Positions 57,845-64,000 of a DNA stretch of 64,000 nucleotides are shown here, in pieces; position 1 is the stretch's first letter; every line of letters begins with the position of its first letter. The position numbers and the translations under genes are program-made. The DNA is from an uncultured virus (IMG/VR IMGVR_UViG_3300031830_000001) (lineage: Duplodnaviria > Heunggongvirae > Uroviricota > Caudoviricetes): IMG/VR virus record IMGVR_UViG_3300031830_000001, one strand, 5' to 3'. The notes beneath the pieces are model-generated. The model saw nothing but the letters and a program-made list of their open reading frames with translations. It was not told the origin of the DNA and searched no databases.

Positions 57845-58111
57845 TCATTCTCCTTTCCACATCTTGACCAGAACGCTAATTAATTTTCTATATTCTTTAT
57901 CGTTGTCATTGTTTGAAAAAGAAGTGATACGATATGCCAGACGGAAAGCCTCATCCAAATACTGTCTGTTCTGAGCATCCATTAGCTTAAAGCTAGCTCG
58001 GCTCGTAAGATACACCTGACGGGGAGCTTCCATCTTCTGGATAGCTCCCTCTATGATGCTAACTTTAAGCCAACTTGGATAGGTCGCAGGGTCGGGGTCA
58101 AACGGTTTCAT
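57845..58111 (-). CDS. Hypothetical protein
   Basis: GGGAGGG RBS; ATGA overlap with upstream ORF. Confidence 0.55.
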   Translation of the reverse strand: MKPFDPDPATYPSWLKVSIIEGAIQKMEAPRQVYLTSRASFKLMDAQNRQYLDEAFRLAYRITSFSNNDNDKEYRKLISVLVKMWKGE

Positions 58112-58302
58112 TCTTCCCTCCCATCCGGGCGCCCCAGGTCGAGAGGGCGCCGAAAAGCATTGACCAGCGTCCACACACGCCAGCCGTAACGCCAGTCGTG
58201 CTCGGCGGCGTAGTACGCCGTACGGACATAATCCCGCCGGCGAGCAGCCTTGCGCTCACGGCGATTAATAAAGTTTTTGAGATTCTGAGTTTCCTTCATC
58301 AC
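58108..58302 (-). CDS. Small basic hypothetical protein, first gene after early promoter
   Basis: AAAGGAG RBS. Confidence 0.55.
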   Translation of the reverse strand: MMKETQNLKNFINRRERKAARRRDYVRTAYYAAEHDWRYGWRVWTLVNAFRRPLDLGRPDGREE

Positions 58303-58333
58303 TTGCTCCTTTCATTCTTCTAACTTTGCTTTT

Positions 58334-58362
58334 AGCATACCAACCAAATTGTCCGATGTCAA
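58334..58362 (-). promoter_or_regulatory. Sigma70-type promoter heading the early region
   Basis: TTGACA-17 nt-TATGCT with TG extension. Confidence 0.75.
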
Positions 58363-58657
58363 GAGTTTTTAGCAACTCTAACCAAACTCCAATCTTGCGT
58401 TCTATTTTTTAATCTTCCGTTCTGCAGTGCAAATTGCAAAAAATATAGCATGCAAGCTTCCAACCCCGCAATCCGCATTGCTGCAACAAATGTTGCGCCC
58501 GAAAAAATTGCCTGCAACGAGAATTGCTGGCGCTGGTGTACTCCCCCTCCCACCACCGCTCTCAATCCGTAAATTCTCGATAATCTCCCCTTAACTCTCT
58601 CTATCCATCTTTAGCCACTCTACTCTCCTCTCTGATATACTTACTAATGGAGGATTT

Positions 58658-59002
58658 ATGATTCCCGCCGAAATTTTTGACAGAGTGAAGATAGACGAGG
58701 AGTATAAGTATCTCTTAACGAAGTACAGGTGGAGGTTAATTAATGGCTACCTGGCGACGAATGATTTTCATGGGGGGCTTACTTATTTACATAGGTTCTT
58801 GGTCAACCCGCCGAAAAATTTTAAGGTTGAGCATATTAACGGCGATAAATTAGATAATCGGCTGTGTAATCTGAGGATTAATAATAACATTAAATGGAAA
58901 ACCAAGCCCGAGGAGGAAAAAGGCTTGGTTAGGATAAAAGGGAAAATCTATAAATATAAATATGAAAAGGGTAAAAATATTTATTTAGGGCGGGTTTATT
59001 AG
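58658..59002 (+). CDS. HNH endonuclease
   Basis: YLHRF, VEHINGDKLDNRLCNLR; GGAGG RBS. Confidence 0.85.
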   Translation: MIPAEIFDRVKIDEEYKYLLTKYRWRLINGYLATNDFHGGLTYLHRFLVNPPKNFKVEHINGDKLDNRLCNLRINNNIKWKTKPEEEKGLVRIKGKIYKYKYEKGKNIYLGRVY

Positions 59003-59127
59003 TTTATATGGGATAAAATAAAGATATTTAAACTTATAGGCGATTTCAAATTCTATTTTAGGCAGCCCGACAAAGGCTCTGTAAATATAATTCCTTGGCA
59101 ACTGGTTTATTTTATCCAGCTCGATAA

Positions 59128-59454
59128 TCATAGCTCCCTAAGTACCCTATCAAAATCAAATTCATACTTATTACATAAAGCTAATACTTTTGCCTGGGCT
59201 TGATTAAAGGTCAGGTTATCGTTTCGCATTACGCGGAGAACTAGTTGATTAATTCTCCCATTGATGAGGAGTTCTGCATCCTCGCGCGATTTTTTCTCTC
59301 GCAACATAGTTTTACAAATGGCTATCTTTTCTGCTTTGGTATAGGGTCTTCGAGTGCGTTTATTGATTCCCGTAATAGAGTTAACGCACTCCTCCATCCA
59401 CTTCGTGTTTTCGGGGCTGTCTCCTCCTAGATTCTGGGGGATATTATAAGGCAT
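59128..59454 (-). CDS. Hypothetical protein
   Basis: GGAGG RBS; W..CV....AIC motif. Confidence 0.6.
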   Translation of the reverse strand: MPYNIPQNLGGDSPENTKWMEECVNSITGINKRTRRPYTKAEKIAICKTMLREKKSREDAELLINGRINQLVLRVMRNDNLTFNQAQAKVLALCNKYEFDFDRVLREL

Positions 59455-59456
59455 TT

Positions 59457-60458
59457 CTATTCCTCCTGATTATCTAAATTGATACAGTTGGGATTAAACC
59501 AGATTCTCTCCTTATACCTGTTTTCAGCATTAGGAGAGTTTTTGTTTTTACTGTTTCCATAAGCTCTAACTGCCTTACCCTCGACTTTTTTCCAACCGAG
59601 TTCCTCTAGCTCGTTATGCTCTCCCTCATATCCGCATAAAGCGATTCTATACCTTGGATTGTTACTGTTTTCTATACACCATTTCCTGACCTGGGCGGAT
59701 AAGTTATCTGCATCCTCATTATACAAACCATCATCTCGTAAATCTTGCTTGTAAGGAGGGTCAAGGAATATTCCCACAGATTTTCCATAATCCAGCGCGC
59801 CCTTAGTAACTACCCTTGACCAATCCCCACAACAAACTCTAACAAATCTCAACCTCTCACTTAAAGTGTTAAAATATTCAATTAAAGAACTTTGTTTAGC
59901 GATAGTATTAATTCCTGTCTCGCCATGACCTATATGAGGTTTTTGTTTAGATACCCCATCTGGTTCGTTAATAGTTTTTTTATCAACAAGTTTCCCCTCA
60001 TGTTCAGTCCATTTCCCATCTCCGCTGCACCAACCGCTACCTATCCAGGAGCAGATTCCCCACACCCACCACCCAGCTACTTTTGCATCATAAAAATCTG
60101 GGTCAGCAAAAATTCTCTCTTGAATATTGGGTAGTCCATATTTAATTAACCAAATATGCCTCGCCGTCAAGTCGGCTTCATTTACAGGATTATCAGCATA
60201 ATAAGCTACTTGTTCAGGGTCATGTTTAACAGCCCGCCAAAAATTGGCAATTAAGCTGTCTTTATCATTTACGGTTTCTAATTTAGGCGTAGTAGGTCTT
60301 AGAAACAAGACCGCACCACTGCCGAAAAATGGTTCAACATATAAATCAACATCTCCTAATTTATCCCAAACAATATTAGCTACTCTTGATTTCCCTCCGA
60401 ACCAGGGAAACGGTGGACGATGTTTTACCTCATTCATGATATTACTCCTTTCCTCCAT
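59457..60458 (-). CDS. DNA adenine methyltransferase (D12/Dam-like), paralog of 31319-32314
   Basis: PFPWFGGKS, EPFFGSG, FLDPPY. Confidence 0.9.
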   Translation of the reverse strand: MEERSNIMNEVKHRPPFPWFGGKSRVANIVWDKLGDVDLYVEPFFGSGAVLFLRPTTPKLETVNDKDSLIANFWRAVKHDPEQVAYYADNPVNEADLTARHIWLIKYGLPNIQERIFADPDFYDAKVAGWWVWGICSWIGSGWCSGDGKWTEHEGKLVDKKTINEPDGVSKQKPHIGHGETGINTIAKQSSLIEYFNTLSERLRFVRVCCGDWSRVVTKGALDYGKSVGIFLDPPYKQDLRDDGLYNEDADNLSAQVRKWCIENSNNPRYRIALCGYEGEHNELEELGWKKVEGKAVRAYGNSKNKNSPNAENRYKERIWFNPNCINLDNQEE

Positions 60459-60518
60459 AGACGTATTTTAAAACAATGCCAGCGAATTCTAATTCTTTCT
60501 AAGAAATTTTGATTCTTC

Positions 60519-61097
60519 TTATTTAACTCTCTCTATAACCGATTTATGAACCCAAAGCTCCTTATCTATTTTGATTCTTACCCAATCCTGATTTTCCTCC
60601 AGTACATCAAAAGTATCATCGGCATATAAAGTTGCATAAATTGTTTCAGGAGATAGAACAGGACTAATTCTTAGGTTAATACTCGGTTTATTCTTAGTAA
60701 CTTTTTGTAACCTCTCAACAGCGTCAAAAAAGAACCTAGGATTTTGAGGTTTTCCATTTAATCTAACCTCAAAATGTAAATGCACTCCGCTAGACCAGCC
60801 AGTATTGCCCATATAGCCTATAATTTGACCTCGCTTAACCTTTCCGCTTACCTCTGGAGGACTCATTAAATGAGCATAGAGAGTTTCTATTCCATCACCA
60901 CAATCTATGATTAAATAATTACCATAACCCTGGGGGTCAAATCCTATCTTTTTGACCTTACCATCTTCAGCAGCATAAATAAAGTCGCCCAGCTTGCCCG
61001 CAAAATCAATACCTGTATGTCCCCCTGTTTTCGGATATTTATCAGGATTCTCACCAAATTCCTGAGTAACAATTACTGAATCAACAGGAAATCTCAT
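60519..61097 (-). CDS. M23 family peptidase (lysin)
   Basis: HTGID, YGN, LYAHL, GNTGWSSGVHLHFEV; SH3-like C-terminus. Confidence 0.9.
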   Translation of the reverse strand: MRFPVDSVIVTQEFGENPDKYPKTGGHTGIDFAGKLGDFIYAAEDGKVKKIGFDPQGYGNYLIIDCGDGIETLYAHLMSPPEVSGKVKRGQIIGYMGNTGWSSGVHLHFEVRLNGKPQNPRFFFDAVERLQKVTKNKPSINLRISPVLSPETIYATLYADDTFDVLEENQDWVRIKIDKELWVHKSVIERVK

Positions 61098-61107
61098 CGA
61101 AATACCC

Positions 61108-61368
61108 CTAATTTAGTTTACAACGCTTTTTATACTCATCCCAAAAAAATTTTCTAATATTCTTATTAGAAGTAAAATTTTGAAGTGCTTTTGCTAGAGA
61201 AACTTTCCGCCCGATAGCTTTGACATATTTATCTTCGGGGTGTACTCTTGCAAATCCTGTATAGATTTGTCCGTTTGGAGATTCAATAAAGCACATTGTT
61301 TGTCGATGTTCTACATCATGAACCCAGGTAACTGTAAAAACCTTATTTCCAAGCACAGCTTTAAACAT
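61108..61368 (-). CDS. Hypothetical phage protein
   Basis: G.A..HP.D.Y.K.IGR..L..A motif; AAGGAG RBS. Confidence 0.6.
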   Translation of the reverse strand: MFKAVLGNKVFTVTWVHDVEHRQTMCFIESPNGQIYTGFARVHPEDKYVKAIGRKVSLAKALQNFTSNKNIRKFFWDEYKKRCKLN

Positions 61369-61381
61369 TTTATTCTCCTTT

Positions 61382-61654
61382 CTATTCTTTAAATTTTGTA
61401 AGAAGTGATTTTAAGTCCTGACAGTTAATTACCTCACACTCTGGATGTTTAGCCTCGAAATCACTTATAGCCTCGAAGAAATTTCGCGCTAAGATAATTT
61501 TGTGTCTCTCCTCTCCGATTTGATTAAGATAAGTAATCCGATAAGAAATCAAGTCCCTATCTAAAGGTATTTCCGGTCGTTTAGAAATTAAATAAAAACT
61601 GTAAACTACAATGCCTGTTAAAAATGTTAATAAGAAAATTAATAAACCTTCCAT
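61382..61654 (-). CDS. Membrane-anchored hypothetical protein
   Basis: N-terminal TM; AGGAGG RBS. Confidence 0.55.
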   Translation of the reverse strand: MEGLLIFLLTFLTGIVVYSFYLISKRPEIPLDRDLISYRITYLNQIGEERHKIILARNFFEAISDFEAKHPECEVINCQDLKSLLTKFKE

Positions 61655-61661
61655 ATTCCTC

Positions 61662-63635
61662 CTAAACATATTGAACATATCTCTGACCATTGTATAGCAT
61701 TGCACAGTATTTATTCTCTCCAATTTTTATCCATATATCAGAACCTACCTTTACCTCTTCCAAAATGTTAATAATATTTCCGTAATAAAGTTTTCCTACT
61801 ACAGCGCCCGTAGGCTTGTCTCTTACATTTAAAATATTCACAACTACTCTGCCTTTTCTGCTGGACGGCTCATCTTCTAATCCATGTACTTCTATATACT
61901 TGTTACCATTATACACAAAAGCTGAAAATTTGTCAAGGCCTAATTTTACCCATTTATTGCCTGAAGCATCTAAAACAATAGATTCAATCCCAATAGTCTC
62001 GCCTTTTCTCAGGTATTCTACAATAGGCGCGCCGATATTTGGAGCTTTCCTAATTCGCAAGTTGTCAACTAGAACAGTTCCTCTATATTTATATTCAGGC
62101 TCTGGAGGCGGGGGTGAGGGAGTTCCAGAAAGATACTTTTGTTTAAATTCGGCAGTAGTAATATTTTTATCTACATGATTGCTCTCTAAGCCGTATAGTT
62201 TACCTTCAAAGTTACCATCGGCGGAAAATTGCCACAACTCCCACTTTGTCCAATCTAAAGGTCGATAAGAATCTTTCTCACCGAACCAGGGCAAATCAGT
62301 TCCGTATCTAGCTACCCATAACCCGTATCTAGACCAACCAGACCATCTACTAACATAGACATTCCACCATGAGCCTCTTGTATAAATCAAAGGCGGGTGT
62401 AAATTATATTGCTTCAGCCACTCTTCTAGCAATTGAGCTAGTTTCTGAATTACGGAGGTAATTTTCTCTTTAGATTGCCCGTTATCAAATTCACAATCTA
62501 AAGCAACTGGAAAATCTGGAATTTTATCGCCAAATGATTTCTTAAAAAACTCAAAATGAGCCTCAGCACTTACTTTAGGGTCAACAAAGATATAGCAACT
62601 AACGGGTATCTTAGCATCTTTTAGAATTTGCCAAAACTCCTCAAATTTAGAGTCCTTAGTATAATCTCCTTGAGTACATTTGATAATGACCCCAATGACA
62701 TTATTTTCTCTCATTTTATTTACATCTAAAATCCGACCATTCCACTTAGAAATATCTAGAATAACCTCCCGCCTATCAAATGGAATATCTATATTAAGAA
62801 GGTTCATTATATTACTAATTTTACATCCTACGATGTACCCCCCTCCACCTGCGAAAAGAATACCAACTACTTTATTACTTCCCTGTTCTAAAATAGGGGA
62901 GCCACTATCTCCAGGGGCGCCTCCCATTTTACAAATAAAGCAATCCTTTAATGTATAAGTTGTCCCATCATAATCAACATTAACTGTAACTCCGATAGCA
63001 GTAACAGAACCAAATGTAGCATCTGTAGAACGCCCATATTTCTTTACAGACATCCCAACTGAGGGGTCTTTCCACCCATTTACTGTAGGAAGTAAATTCC
63101 AGATTCCTGTCAAATATTTAGCGGTTGGTTTAGCCAGGGCTGCATCAACTGTTGTACCATTTTCCAATTTGATAAATTTATATAAAGTCCCCACAACCTC
63201 AGTACCCCCATCATATTTACCAGGTTGGTAAATGCTATCTCCAATTTGAGCTTTATTTGTATTAGCAAATACGTGATTATTTGACAAAAGTAAAAATTCA
63301 CCACTAGTTTTTTCCTGTACAACTAGAGAAAGAGTTCCCGCCGTAACTTTTTCATGCCCGATAGAAATACTCCCCTGTAAAGGTCGAATCTTAGCCGTCC
63401 TATTATAGGCTTTAAATGAATCTACTTTAATAACTTTAACTTTGCTTAGGCTATAACTATTTAGATAGGGAATGTCTTTATCTGTAAAGATAACTAATCC
63501 CTCATCATCATAACCCACTGCTAAAGCTCCACTCCTAATAAAAGAGTCCTCATGTTCTTCTTTAAGAGCTTTAATTTCCTCCTTAGATAAGCTCTTAAAG
63601 GCTCGTTTAAATTGATTAATATACTTTCTAACCAT
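61662..63635 (-). CDS. Modular endolysin: trypsin-like serine protease + GH25 muramidase + two SH3b-like domains
   Basis: LSNNHV / VDAAL / PGDSGS triad motifs; LDISKWN, KCTQG, ALDCE, LWVARY, LWQFS, VDKN; Pro linker; NLRIR..P and LNVR..P repeats. Confidence 0.85.
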   Translation of the reverse strand: MVRKYINQFKRAFKSLSKEEIKALKEEHEDSFIRSGALAVGYDDEGLVIFTDKDIPYLNSYSLSKVKVIKVDSFKAYNRTAKIRPLQGSISIGHEKVTAGTLSLVVQEKTSGEFLLLSNNHVFANTNKAQIGDSIYQPGKYDGGTEVVGTLYKFIKLENGTTVDAALAKPTAKYLTGIWNLLPTVNGWKDPSVGMSVKKYGRSTDATFGSVTAIGVTVNVDYDGTTYTLKDCFICKMGGAPGDSGSPILEQGSNKVVGILFAGGGGYIVGCKISNIMNLLNIDIPFDRREVILDISKWNGRILDVNKMRENNVIGVIIKCTQGDYTKDSKFEEFWQILKDAKIPVSCYIFVDPKVSAEAHFEFFKKSFGDKIPDFPVALDCEFDNGQSKEKITSVIQKLAQLLEEWLKQYNLHPPLIYTRGSWWNVYVSRWSGWSRYGLWVARYGTDLPWFGEKDSYRPLDWTKWELWQFSADGNFEGKLYGLESNHVDKNITTAEFKQKYLSGTPSPPPPEPEYKYRGTVLVDNLRIRKAPNIGAPIVEYLRKGETIGIESIVLDASGNKWVKLGLDKFSAFVYNGNKYIEVHGLEDEPSSRKGRVVVNILNVRDKPTGAVVGKLYYGNIINILEEVKVGSDIWIKIGENKYCAMLYNGQRYVQYV

Positions 63636-63921
63636 AAGTCTTTTTCCTATTAGGGTCTAAACTATGCGCAGCTTGATTTAAGAAAATCATCCCAAACACA
63701 GAAGCTAAAACTTGAAAGTATGGCTCTAAAGTCCTTAAAATTTCCTGAGGGACAAAATTTGAAACCAATAAAGCTCCCAAACCTAGAAAAGCACTTAAAC
63801 CAAACTGCAAATATCTCTTTTGTTGGGGAGTTAAATTTTGAAACCAATCTACCTGCTCTAAAGCCCATGAGGCTGCAATAACACAACCACCACTGACGAG
63901 CCAAAGTAAAAATTCAGACAT
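63628..63921 (-). CDS. Putative holin
   Basis: 97 aa, about 3 hydrophobic segments, basic tail, overlaps endolysin start. Confidence 0.7.
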   Translation of the reverse strand: MSEFLLWLVSGGCVIAASWALEQVDWFQNLTPQQKRYLQFGLSAFLGLGALLVSNFVPQEILRTLEPYFQVLASVFGMIFLNQAAHSLDPNRKKTYG

Positions 63922-64000
63922 TTTATACCTCCTCTACTCAAAAATTATCTATAATTTAATTTTACCACAGTAATTATAACCTAACATCTCTGTCGATTTT

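Overview
An AT-rich 64 kb stretch of a tailed dsDNA bacteriophage genome, probably siphovirus-like (long tape measure, no sheath recognised). No integrase or repressor was recognised. Layout: (i) 1-27.3 kb, minus strand: morphogenesis operon (terminase, portal, protease/scaffold, capsid, head-tail, tail tube, -1 frameshifted tail chaperones, tape measure, tail tip/fibres). (ii) 27.3-35.3 kb, minus: a sugar-nucleotide/glycosyltransferase cassette overlapping the terminase gene, then a DNA methyltransferase, a macrodomain, a PD-(D/E)xK nuclease and tRNA-Arg(UCU). (iii) 35.7-52.1 kb, plus: replication, recombination and nucleotide metabolism (Pol A, RecA, SSB-like, Hjc-like resolvase, exonuclease, Csx16-like protein, RNA ligase, DnaB, primase, MTases, dUTPase, class II RNR). 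(iv) 52.4-58.6 kb, minus: RuvB-like ATPase and a GC-richer, hairpin- and repeat-rich putative early region. (v) 58.7-64 kb: HNH, second Dam-like MTase and lysis genes. Best leads: a putative virion glycosylation system, a phage-borne Csx16-like candidate ring nuclease (possible anti-type III CRISPR) overlapping an RNA ligase, a serine protease-GH25-SH3 endolysin, and a repeated non-coding element in the early region. All family calls come from motif recognition by eye; no searches were run.
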